NCBI GenBank assembly: GCA_951406725.2
Contig: OX597832.1
Coordinates: 37,634,001 to 37,698,000 of the forward strand
Direction: 5' to 3'
Source: Octopus vulgaris
Taxonomy: Eukaryota
Length of the DNA: 64,000 nucleotides
Numbering within the stretch: the stretch's first letter is position 1; each line of letters begins with the position of its first letter. A model generated the notes under the pieces. The model was given only the letters and a program-made list of their open reading frames with translations, was not told the origin of the DNA and ran no database searches. Shown here piece by piece: positions 1 to 11,476 of the stretch. A program made the translations under genes and the position numbers.

Positions 1-207
1 TGGTGTTGGTAATAGTAGTAACGGTGGTGGTGGTGGTAATTGTATTGGTAGTAGTAGTGGTGATGGTGGTGGTAGTGGTAGTAGTTGTAGTAGTAGTGGT
101 GGTGGTGGTGGTGGTTGTAGTAGTGGTAGTAGTTGTAGTAGTAGTGGTGATGGTGGTGGTAGTTTTAGTAGTAGTGGTGGTTGTGGTGACGGCAGTAGTG
201 GTGGTGG
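1..207. repeat. Compound (GTA)n/(GTG)n trinucleotide microsatellite
   Basis: Direct reading. It explains the poly-Val ORF 3..245. Confidence 0.95.
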
Positions 208-510
208 ATTACTTCCTATTTGACTTAATATGTTTATCTACTTGACCCTGTCCATTAAGTAAATACACACATTAAGTAGTAATAACCCCCGTCTCGACCC
301 CCCAACCACAACTCCACACTCTCGCACTAGAGCCACCCCCATTACCACTGCTACACCATCACCACCACCACCGTCACCACCGCCATCAACCCGCTTTACA
401 GACAATTGCAAATACCTCGGGTATATGAAAGGGATTTGTATATCGAGTGAAGTCTTTATACGGACGAGACGTGTTAAACACGGGATTAAGTTGAACAACA
501 ACAAATACAG

Positions 511-564
<54 letters not shown>

Positions 565-869
565 TTCTTTCTCTCACACACACAGACACGCGCGCGCAAA
601 TACACTCACGTGCACACACAGGCACGGCGTACCCGTACACATAACCGCAACAAACACACGGACAGATGTAGGTGTCAATGAATTAGAAATAATTTATGAT
701 CTTCACCGCCATCACAGGCAACCTTTATAAAGGTGCTTGGCTGAGATCAGAGTGATAGGGTAGTGGTGGTGGTGGTGAAGATAGTAGTCGTAGTGGAAGT
801 ATTGAGGGTGCAGTAGTGATGATGGTGGTGGTGGTGGTGGTGGTAGTAGTAATAGTAGCAGTAGCCGCC

Positions 870-900
<31 letters not shown>

Positions 901-1117
901 TAGTAGCAGTAGCAGTAGCAGTGGTGGTGGTGGTAGTGGTGCTTCTAGGGTACTTAATGGTGTAATGACGGCGATAGAGTGGTGAGAGATTTATGAGTCT
1001 TAATCTCTCACTAACCAGCCAACCAGCCAACCAACCAGCCAACCAGCCAGCTGACCCCTACACATCCCATTGTTTCTACTCGATGCAAGACATTTATAAG
1101 TAATAATTACTCCTAAT

Positions 1118-1326
1118 TAAGGTGCAAGACCAGCAGTTTTGAGGGAAGGGATTTAATCAGTTACATTGACTCCAATAGTCAACTGGTTCTTCATTTTATC
1201 GACCTTGGGTGAATGAAAAGCAAAGATGACTTCAGCCAGGTTCAATTTCCAAATGTAAAGAGCCTGAGCAGCTACCGCAAAGCATTTTGTCTGATGCTGT
1301 CAAACTTCGCTGCCAACCCACCGCTT
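1118..1326 (-). mobile_element. tRNA-derived SINE, family A, degenerate copy
   Basis: Diverged reverse-complement match to the family-A head and core seen at 58360-58576. Confidence 0.7.
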
Positions 1327-1339
1327 TTCCTAAGCAACA

Positions 1340-1736
1340 ATCCTTTCCGTTATAGGCACAATGTCTGCAATTTGTGGGGAGCGGGCTAGTTGATCCTCGA
1401 CCCCAGTATTTGACTGGTACTTATTTTTTCGATCTTGAAAGGATGAACGGCAAAGTCGACTTCAGCGGAAATTGAACTCAGAATGTAAAGACGGGCGAAA
1501 TACGTATTTCTTTACTACCCACAACGGGGCTAAACACAGAGAGGACAAACAAGGACAGACGAACGGATTAAGTCGATTACATCGACCCCAGTGCGTAACT
1601 GGTACTTATTTAATCGACCCCGAAAGGATGAAAGGCAAAGTCTACCTCGGCGGAATTTGAACTCAGAACATAGGCACGGACGAAATACTGCTAAGCATTT
1701 TGCCCGGCGTGCTAACGATTCTGCCAGCTCGCCGCC
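1340..1736 (-). mobile_element. tRNA-derived SINE, family A, dimeric arrangement (head-core-tail2 followed by partial head-core-tail1)
   Basis: Minus strand reads GGCGGCGAGCTGGCAGAATCGTTAGCACGCCGGGC...GAGTTCAAATTCCGCC (A/B-box-like head), then core GCCTTTCATCCTTTCGGGGTCGAT...AAGTACCAG. The core is repeated at about 1395-1500. Confidence 0.85.
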
Positions 1737-2176
1737 ATCCTTAAATGAAAATAAAATATCAAATAAAAACAATCCTACAGAATGGATAGAATGAGTACTT
1801 TATTAATTCGAATATTACCAGCTGGAGAATAACAAGAGAATACGGTGTTTAGAGATAACGTTTTCCTTTCTTTTCGGTTCTGAGTTCAAACGCCGCCGAG
1901 GCTTACTTATACGTATATTCTTAACGGCCGAGAAAACATGTATGACTTTGATGGTATTGTCTCTGATTTTTCTGTCTTACTGAGTATTGGTTATGTAACG
2001 GAATGTTAATTTTGGTTGTTAATATCTTAGCAACACGCCTAAAATATTCCTGCTATTCTACAGGGATATATAAACGAAAAATAGCTAACATTTCTTTGGT
2101 TTGTTGTGAGATAAGAAAAGCCTAGCATAAAATGCTGTTTTCTTTCAGAGTGACAAAATGGCCTCTCATATATATG

Positions 2177-2378
2177 CATGTGACCGCGTGTGTACCGTTG
2201 GCGATGTTTTTCCTCTGTCTTCCCTTCTCTGGATCTTTCCTTCTCCTATGTTTTCGACGAAGAGCTCCGCTCGAAACGTTAAACCCTCCTTCTTTCCTGA
2301 GCGTCCAATAATACTACATTTGTTCCACGTCCGCGCTTTGTTGTGTTTTTTTGTGCTTTCTTGTTTGGATTAACTTTA
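2177..2378 (+). mobile_element. About 200-bp dispersed repeat, family C (probable Penelope-like terminal repeat) with a mutated hammerhead motif
   Basis: Homologous to 4760-4942, 8958-9148 and 34499-34700. Contains TCGACGA-A-GAGC-TCC-GCTC-GAAA-CGTT-AAAC at 2254-2284 and ends in (TA)n. Confidence 0.8.
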
Positions 2379-3054
2379 TATATATATAACATATATGTGT
2401 GTGTGTGTGTATACGCACAGACCAGTTAATTTGGGCATAACACGACACTTCTACACCTCTCTCAGGTGACTGCAGAACACGAAGATATTCAGTTAATTTA
2501 ACTAATTATACTCAGCACAATGTATTGAGTACTATCGTCTCGTTTTATTTACAAATTGTACCATTTGTGTATGCTAGCATCCACATATATGTATGTTTGT
2601 GTACGCACACACACACACACATATTTAGTATATACACAAATTTTATATAATAATGTATACATACATATATACGTATAACATATTCACAGAAACTTACATA
2701 TACATACACATATATTTACACATGCTTGTACACACAAACACAAATCTGCATGTGTATTTGGCCACAAGTCTCTGTTGTGTATGTATGTGTGTGCTTATTG
2801 TGCATGTGCGTATATTTCATCTTCTGAGCGTGCTCCTCAGTTTTTGATCTTGTGTGCCTCTATGAGTATTTGTATTAGTCTGCGCATATGTATGTTATAT
2901 GCGTCTATGTTATGCGTGCGTGCACATGATTGTGTGCGTGCGTGTGTTGTATGTGTGTGTGTGTGTCTGTGTGTGTTTGTTTGTGTCTGTATATATATAT
3001 GTATGCATGTATATATACATATATATACTTACCATGCTAACGTATAATTATGCA

Positions 3055-3111
<57 letters not shown>

Positions 3112-3722
3112 CTGCGTGTGCGTTTATGTATGTATGTATAGTTATATATACATATATATATTATATAAACAAGTGTGTTTATAAGTTTACTTACGCAAAT
3201 ATGTGTCCATATACGTGTACACGTGTATCGTGTATGTATGTATGTATGTATGTGTGCATTTAGGTGTGTGCTAACACGATACGCATGTGTCTGTACGTGC
3301 GTACGACCATGTGTCTGATTATGCGTATGGGTTTGCTTATCTGAATGTGCACTTATATGTGTTTGTCTGTTTGTCTGTGTTTGTGTGTGCGTGCGTGCGT
3401 GCATGCATGCGTGTGTGCGTCTGTGCGTGTATGTGTGCGTGTGCGTGTGTGTGCGTGCGTATGTGTGTGTGTGTGTGCTATGATGTCAGCAAACAAGCAA
3501 CATCAAGCGAGAGTTCTGTTTACACGGAATGAAGCAGGTGGTTAGCTGGCAGCTATACCGAGATTTAACTTGTGTGATGAGAAAAAAAAAATGGCGGATT
3601 TTATTCATATTAAAGCGATGTTCTCTGTGTTTGCTTGTTGCTTTTCCTATTTGATATCGTTTGATTGTTTTATGTGTTTTCCTCGTATATTTTCGTGTTA
3701 TTTTGCTAATACATACACACAC

Positions 3723-3774
<52 letters not shown>

Positions 3775-3899
3775 CATTGATACACATATATATATATATA
3801 TATATGTACATATATGTACATATATACATACATATATATATATATATATATACACATGTATATGTGTGTGTGTATATATGTATACTCTCGTATACATAC

Positions 3900-3971
<72 letters not shown>

Positions 3972-4187
3972 TGACTAGTTGTTGACTTTATATCCTCCAT
4001 TCGTTGTTATTTTTATTCCCGTTGTTTTTCTATTTGTAATTTCCAACTTGGCGATCTGCAGCGAAAGAAATAGCAAACAAAACGGCGTGGCATTACTGCA
4101 TCGCTTTTGCTGCATTCTTGTTACTTTATTTTCTGTTATTTCTTGATTATATTGTATGTTTTATAATGCTATCGGATGTTATTAGCG

Positions 4188-4222
<35 letters not shown>

Positions 4223-4407
4223 AGTAGTGGTGTGGGTGGTGCCGATGGTGTTCGTATTTGTGGCGATGTTAGTGTTTCTGATAACAGTGGTGGTTATTTA
4301 TGACGGCAGAAGTGTTAGCTACGGTTGTGGCGCTGCCAATGGCGGAGGGAATAGTAGTTAGTGTAGGACTAGTTGTAGTGATGGTAACAGGGATGTGGAT
4401 TTTAAGG

Positions 4408-4440
<33 letters not shown>

Positions 4441-4605
4441 CGATTCTCATGGAAAAGGTATCGTTATTGAATTTTGTAACTTGTTTACCATCCTGTCTGG
4501 GGTTCTGACCATAGGTATTTCAGACTCTTACCAGTTTGGCTTGGTCGATGTGCTTGATATTGATATTCAATCTTCTGTGTTTTTTGCTTCCGGTCACTCC
4601 TAATC

Positions 4606-4652
<47 letters not shown>

Positions 4653-4759
4653 CTATATATATATACACATATATATATGTATATATATATATATACACAT
4701 ATATATATACATACATGCATACATACATGCATACATACAGACAAACAGACAGACAGACA

Positions 4760-4942
4760 TAGTGAATCCAAATAAAAGAAGAACAAACAAGAAAAGACAA
4801 TAACGTGAGGACGTGGTACAAGACACTCATGAAATGAAGGAAAGAGGATTTAACGTTTCGAGCCTTGCTCTTCTTCAGAAATAGAGGAAAGTGCAAAGGA
4901 AGGGAAGACGGAGGAAGAAAATCGCCAACGATACACACGCGT
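4760..4942 (-). mobile_element. Family C repeat, diverged copy
   Basis: The reverse complement aligns by eye with the other three copies (GTGTGTATCGTTGGCGATTTT...CCACGTCCTCACGTT). Confidence 0.8.
4848..4882 (-). ncRNA. Minimal type-I hammerhead ribozyme with an intact catalytic core
   Basis: AUUU-CUGAAGA-A-GAGC-AAG-GCUC-GAAA-CG-UU/AAAU. Helix I is AUUU:AAAU, helix II is GAGC:GCUC, and the palindrome ACGU replaces helix III. Confidence 0.7.
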
Positions 4943-5036
4943 TTATACATACATACATACATACATACATACATACATACACACACACACATACACGCAC
5001 ATATATATCCCTTATATATACATAGGCCTATATATC

Positions 5037-5085
<49 letters not shown>

Positions 5086-6315
5086 TTTACATAAGTAAGT
5101 CTTTATAATATGTAGGGAAAGTAGAATTGGGAAAAGTTGTCCTACTGATGTCTTTCCTAAAGAAGTTTTGATTTTAATTCGCAATCAAGATGTCGTCAGT
5201 CTCAGGGGGTTAATAAAACAGGCACCAGTTGAGCACTGGAGTCAAAGTAATAGACTTATCCTTTCCCCCGAAATTGTAGCCTTGACCCAAAATTTGACAT
5301 CAAGATTTATTTTCATTTAAAACTTCAATCTAAAAGAGAAAATGGTGACTGCGTTATCCCGGAGAATAACGCAGATGATTGCCCTGAAAGAAGCATTCCA
5401 CTCACCATTCCACTTCGCAGGGCTCATTTCTCTATATGACAACCTTTACTCCAACCAAACTGAAGGGCGTGGTAGTCCACGACGCCGGACGTTTCATTTG
5501 GTATAGTTTTGCAAAGAAACCTACAAGAGATAGCCGGTGCTTTATCAGTTTGCTATTTCCCGTCTCTTGGGCTATGAAGCGTAGTTCTGGCGTCGAGTTT
5601 ACCAGATTACCTCTGCGTTACATCTCATAAGAGAGATATGATTCTTCGGAGCATGTAACCTGTAATTCCGTCCAGCCTTTTGCTGTCACCGTGGTCTAAC
5701 ATAGCCAACTCCATGTGCAATAGAAAACTCAGGTACATTATTTATCGGCCACGAAATAATGAAATTGCAAAGCTGAGCTTGTGACTGAGTGCAGAGTGTC
5801 GGAATACAGAAAAGCATTCTGCTTGATGCCCTAATGGCTCAGGGAATTCACTACTTCTTAATCAGCTGAGGATACACAACGCTTCTAGGATTCGTATCTG
5901 ACTTTTGAGATTGATATGAGAAAGACAAAATCTATGCTCATGGACTGATGCGGGAGGAGGCATTGCAGGAAAATGTTTAATTACTGTCAAGCTAGACAGA
6001 ATGCTTGCAACAGAATGGGACAGAGTAGATTGCTCTAAAATAAAAACCCTCAGAGCCAGGAATCGGGTGATAGATTAAGTATGAAATCCAAGATTCCATT
6101 ATATCCTGTATTGGAAAGTAATGCTTCTTTAAATCTTTAATTATTTCATTTATTGAGTTCGTTTGTGGTGTGAAACTCTTGTACTCTCGTTGATCAAAAA
6201 TGCTCATCACACTTCTTTCGAATTGATTCCGTTATTTCAGCTGTGATTTTTGTGCCCCAGCATGGCCGCGGCCTTCGGGCTAAAACATTTTTAAGGATAT
6301 GGAAGAAATAAGTTC

Positions 6316-6367
<52 letters not shown>

Positions 6368-6406
6368 CTATATACTCAAAATAAGCAACAAGAATATCTT
6401 CGGTAA

Positions 6407-6496
6407 AATTGGTACGATCGTTTCACGCTACATCATTTTATTAAACATTGTAAGTATTACAACAGTTTTAAAATATTGAGCAATCATCAGCCATTT
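6407..6496 (-). ncRNA. Type-I hammerhead ribozyme candidate with extended helix II
   Basis: AAAUGG-CUGAUGA-UUGCU...(AU-rich hairpin)...AGCGU-GAAA-CGAUCG-UA/CCAAUU. All core residues are present and helix III carries a palindromic GAUC loop. Confidence 0.65.
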
Positions 6497-7261
6497 ATAG
6501 AGGTTTTCCATCAATACATATATTTATTTTCATGTTAATTGATAACATTATAAAGAGGGTAGATATACAGACAGAGATGTTGATTTGAATGTTAAGAACA
6601 TTAAGGTATTAGAATTTATCTTCAGCCAGGGGGCGGAATTTCAGCACTGCAGTCCTCTTTTGAGTTTCCTGCCGTAATATAGGTTTATCTGTGACCTTGG
6701 ATAGGGGGAGGACAAGTTGTTTCTTGAAAACATCTATCTCTACAAATACATATGTTGATACTTCTTATATTCCTTCACTCTAACGGTATAAGCCAAGTGA
6801 TGTAAGAAAAAATGCATTTCAGAAGCTAGTGTTTGTCATCAAGCATCAATTTATTTCCAAAGAATTATAAGTTCGTTTGATACGTAAACAATTAAACAAT
6901 GTCGGTGCGTGGTAAGACGTTTGTTTCTCAACCACATGCTTCCAGGTTCTGTTACGTTAACCGAGTGTCTTCTTCTTCTTCACTTTCTTTCTTCCTTCAT
7001 GTCGTTCTTGTTGTTCTTCTTCTTCTTTACACATGTATTTTTATATATATTTTAAAAATATTTTAAATATATATTTTCCCCTTTTAAGTGTATATCTTTT
7101 TTTTTGTATGTATACTTGTAAGAAAAAATATTTTGCTATTTAAGCAACCAGTAAAACATACATTTTTCAGTTTGAGTAACTGAAGTAACCCATTGTAAAA
7201 CATAATTATTAAGATTTAAAAAAAATATTCCGCCCACCAAAGCCATCTCTACTCATTTTGT

Positions 7262-7301
<40 letters not shown>

Positions 7302-7364
7302 CATACACACACGCACACAAACACAGACACACACACACACATACATATTTATATATACACAAGT

Positions 7365-7545
7365 GTGTGTGTGTGTGTTTGTAATGTCCCCCTACCCAAC
7401 AAATTATCGGTTCGGCAAAAGGGACTGACAAAATAAATACCAGGTGTTAAAAAAATAAGTACTGGGGTTGAGTTGATCCCCTAAACCCTTCAAGGCTATC
7501 CCCCAGCATGTCTGCAATCCAATGAGTTACTTTAAAAAGCAAAAT
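7365..7545 (+). mobile_element. SINE family B, 3' half (a head fragment lies at about 6905-6970)
   Basis: CGGTTCGGCAAAAGGGACTGA...CCCCAGCATG...AATGAG matches 28685-28785. Confidence 0.7.
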
Positions 7546-8245
7546 AAATAAATAAATAAATAAATAAAACAGATTAAAAAAGACTACAGATAAAACTTTG
7601 ATATTTCGAAGAAGAAAACTCCAGTCTTCCTTAATTAGGGTGATCAACCCGAAACGGTAGAATTAAATTTTATATTTTACCTGCTCAGGTGAAAGCAAAC
7701 TCGGTTCTCTAAATAATTATGTTTTGCTCTTTAAAAACTTTCTTTTGACACTAGACGGAATGACATTTGAAATGTAATTAAGAAAGAAAAATAATCAAAG
7801 GAAAAAAAAATTTAAGGAAAAGAATGGCATAGAAGTGAAATTAACAGTATTTCAATAACGGACATTAATTATTGTGTAAAAAATATTGGCAACAAATCTT
7901 TGGAAGCTTGGAGATTTGGTGGGTCGGGGAGTTGGTCGTTGTTGTTTTTGTCATTAATATAGCACCTGCGTAATCCATTGTTTTTTTATCTTGTTGTTTG
8001 TTTGTTTTTAATATAAACCACAGGACAAGTTGATGCAGGACGTAGAATTATATTCCAACAGAGAAATAACAAACATTATCCGGATAAATGCTAAAAGTTT
8101 CATTAAGTTTGGAATATTGTTACTTTTTTTTTTAATGCAAAACAAAATAGGACAATGAATTGTCTTTTACAGCCATTCTTTATGTCAGCTGTGTTTAAAA
8201 TATTAAATTCTTTTAATATATTTGATATATACGTAGATATGCCTA

Positions 8246-8291
<46 letters not shown>

Positions 8292-8410
8292 TGTGTGTAA
8301 GGAAAGCACAATATCCAATTATATGTCCCCTACAAAAAATTTGTATTTCCTTAAAAACATTCCATTATGTAACGGTTTAATGTGGTATTTATATAAAGTA
8401 ATGTAATTTA

Positions 8411-8456
<46 letters not shown>

Positions 8457-8640
8457 ATACATAGATAGATATAGATATATCTGTCTATCATTATATATAT
8501 ATATATATATATATATACATTCAATTTGCCATTCTGTGTCTGCTTTATGCTTGTTTGTGCATTTACTATACATTTGTAACTAAAATATGTGTGTGTATGT
8601 GCGTGTGTGTGTGTGTATGTGTGTGTGTGTGTGTGTGTGT

Positions 8641-9146
8641 AGGCGCAGGCGCTGCTGTGTGTTAACATGTTTGCTTCCCAACCACATAGTCCCGAGTTGA
8701 GTCCTACTGCGTGGCACCTTGGTCTTGGTCCAACAAAAGCCTTGTGATTGGATTAGTCGACGGAAAGTGAAAAGCCCGTCGTATAAACAACCCCAACCAC
8801 ACACGCACATACACACGCACACGTGCTATCATTACACACACACAGAGAGATCTGCGCGCATGTCCATACCCACACATACACACATACCTCCGTTTCTTGC
8901 ACTCCCCTGTCTTTGAAAGAACTTTTTCTTCACCCATTCCCTTCCGGTCATTTCAATATGTGACCGTGTGTGTATCGTCGGCGATTTTCTTTCTCCGTCT
9001 TCCTTTCCTTGGACTTTTCCTTTTTCCTATGTTTATGACGATGAGCTCCGCTCGAAACGTTAAATCTTCCTTCTTTCTTTCCTTTCCTTAGCGTCCAATA
9101 ACACTATACTTATTCCACGTCCTCGCGTTGTTGTGTTTTCTCTTTG

Positions 9147-9195
<49 letters not shown>

Positions 9196-9410
9196 TGTGT
9201 GTGTGTTCTCCACCACCACTTGACAACCAGTGTTGGTATGTTTATGTCCACGTAACTTAGCAATTCGGTACGGTAAAAAAAAAAAAAGGTCGCTAGAATA
9301 AGTACCAGACTTAAGAAAAAACCCGGGGTTGTTTCATTCGGCTACAAATTCTTCAAAAACCGTGCTCCAAAATGGCTACAATCTAATTAACTGAAACAAA
9401 AAAAGAATAA
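8641..9410 (+). mobile_element. SINE family B, with a family-C element nested in its internal microsatellite region
   Basis: Head AGGCGCAGG...CCAACCACAT...CTGCGTGGCACCTTGG (8641-8783), 3' half at 9195-9410, and family C at 8958-9148 between them. Confidence 0.75.
8958..9148 (+). mobile_element. Family C repeat, hammerhead with C3>A
   Basis: GTTT-ATGACGA-T-GAGC-TCC-GCTC-GAAA-CGTT-AAAT at 9031-9065. Confidence 0.8.
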
Positions 9411-9963
9411 AGGAGGAAAAAATATTTCAGTGCTTCTGACTGAATCTGTATCGCACATAAAAATATATATTGTGTAATTGACGGTGGATATCTAAACCAA
9501 ATCTGTGCGTATTAAGTTATCCACGATGCTTAATTCCTAGCTGTGTTATATAGTTGCAAAATATGGTATGGTACCGTTTGAGGAAAGAAATCGAGCCTGT
9601 CTTCTCTGATGAGCCGTTCAAACCGATCGCATAACGTGCTCCATCTTTTTTTTCTTCTTTTTTACCCACAAAATGAAAGGAATTAAAGGAATCTGGTAAC
9701 GTTCTTATACTTTTCTATCTCAGTTAAAGCTTACTAAATATTAAATTATCTCAATCATGCATCGCGTTATGTTGTATATAGTACATACATACATACTTAC
9801 ATATATACAAATATATGTGTGTGATGTGTGTGTGTGTGTTTGCGTGTGTATGTGTGTGTGATGTGCGTTGGTATGTATGTTTATATTTGAGTGTATCTAT
9901 ATACATCTACCTGTATTCCTAACTTTTTACGCACTGTATCTATACATAAGCATATATGGATGT

Positions 9964-10025
<62 letters not shown>

Positions 10026-10318
10026 AAATACATTTACAAACAAACATATCTATATTATACAAATATTCATATATTTTGCATACATGTAAATATATACACG
10101 CACACAGACACACACACACACACATACGTATATATATATACATTCTCACACGCGCACACACATATCAAGAGAGAGAATGAGAGGGAGAGAGAAAGAGAGA
10201 GAGAGAGACAGAGAGACAAGGAGCGGTAGTAATTACCAGATGTATACTGTTATACATGAAGAGATATTAAGAACAAAAGTCGAGATGCCATATCAAATAT
10301 GATTGAGTCTCTCTATTT

Positions 10319-10379
10319 GAAGCAAAACGTGCGTGATGTGACGCCATTGTGCCAGCGGCGTCACAACATGCATGGCTTC
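10319..10379. ncRNA. Long isolated hairpin, pre-miRNA-like
   Basis: CGTGCGTGATGTGACGCC pairs with GGCGTCACAACATGCATG at 17 of 18 positions on the plus strand (two G:U). The loop is 11 nt and there is a basal GAAGC:GCTTC stem. Confidence 0.4.
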
Positions 10380-10479
10380 CGAAGCATCTACTTTTGTACA
10401 CACACACACACACATGTGCGCGTCTCAATATATATGTATATACTGATATATACATATATGAATACACACACACACACAG

Positions 10480-10548
<69 letters not shown>

Positions 10549-10670
10549 TATGTAAATATATATATATTGTACGTGTACTATTTTCTTTATCACTTTATAT
10601 TTAAGTAGATACAATATAGAAATTAATATATTTAAGACACAACATGCCTTGTTTCTGACACACATAATTA

Positions 10671-10746
<76 letters not shown>

Positions 10747-11308
10747 GTGTGTGTGTGTGTGTGTATGTATTACGTGTGTGTGAGAGACTGAGAGAGAAAG
10801 AGGGAGAGAGTGTGTATGAAATCACAGCACAAATGTTTTCGAATTGTTTTTTATTGCAAAATTATTCGATTACATCATGGAAAAAAAAACTCCGTTTTCT
10901 TCAGGTGAAATTATAAGTTTCAAATCTGGTTCGGAGAAAAAATACCAAGTTATGGAATGTGGATTGACCCTCTCCCTTCGAAAATGCACGGGGTATATGC
11001 ATGGGTATATGCGTCTGCACATACGGGTATGTTTGTATATAGTATTTGTACCGACGTAAGGATCTCCATCCTCGCATGTTGTCCTTACCATTTAACTATC
11101 TTAATTCAAATGAATCCTACAAATAATTCATTATCCATACACACGCGCGCTCTGTGAATTGGGTTTAGAATTATGCATCGCTTTACGCACTTAAAACAGT
11201 TTCAAGCGCAAGAACTTCTTGGACCTTCGGAATGTTTTCCCGTAGGCTCCAACCCTCTATCTATCTTTCTATCTATCTAACTTTATCACTCTTCATCTCT
11301 CTTTCACT

Positions 11309-11346
<38 letters not shown>

Positions 11347-11370
11347 ACATACATACATACATACATACAT

Positions 11371-11476
<106 letters not shown>

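Noticed and set aside
721-734. Perfect 14-bp palindrome ACCTTTATAAAGGT
   Set aside because: A few such AT-rich palindromes are expected by chance in 64 kb, and the spacing does not fit a CArG box.
9604-9635. CTGATGAGCC as a hammerhead 5' core
   Set aside because: There is no complementary helix II strand or GAAA downstream.
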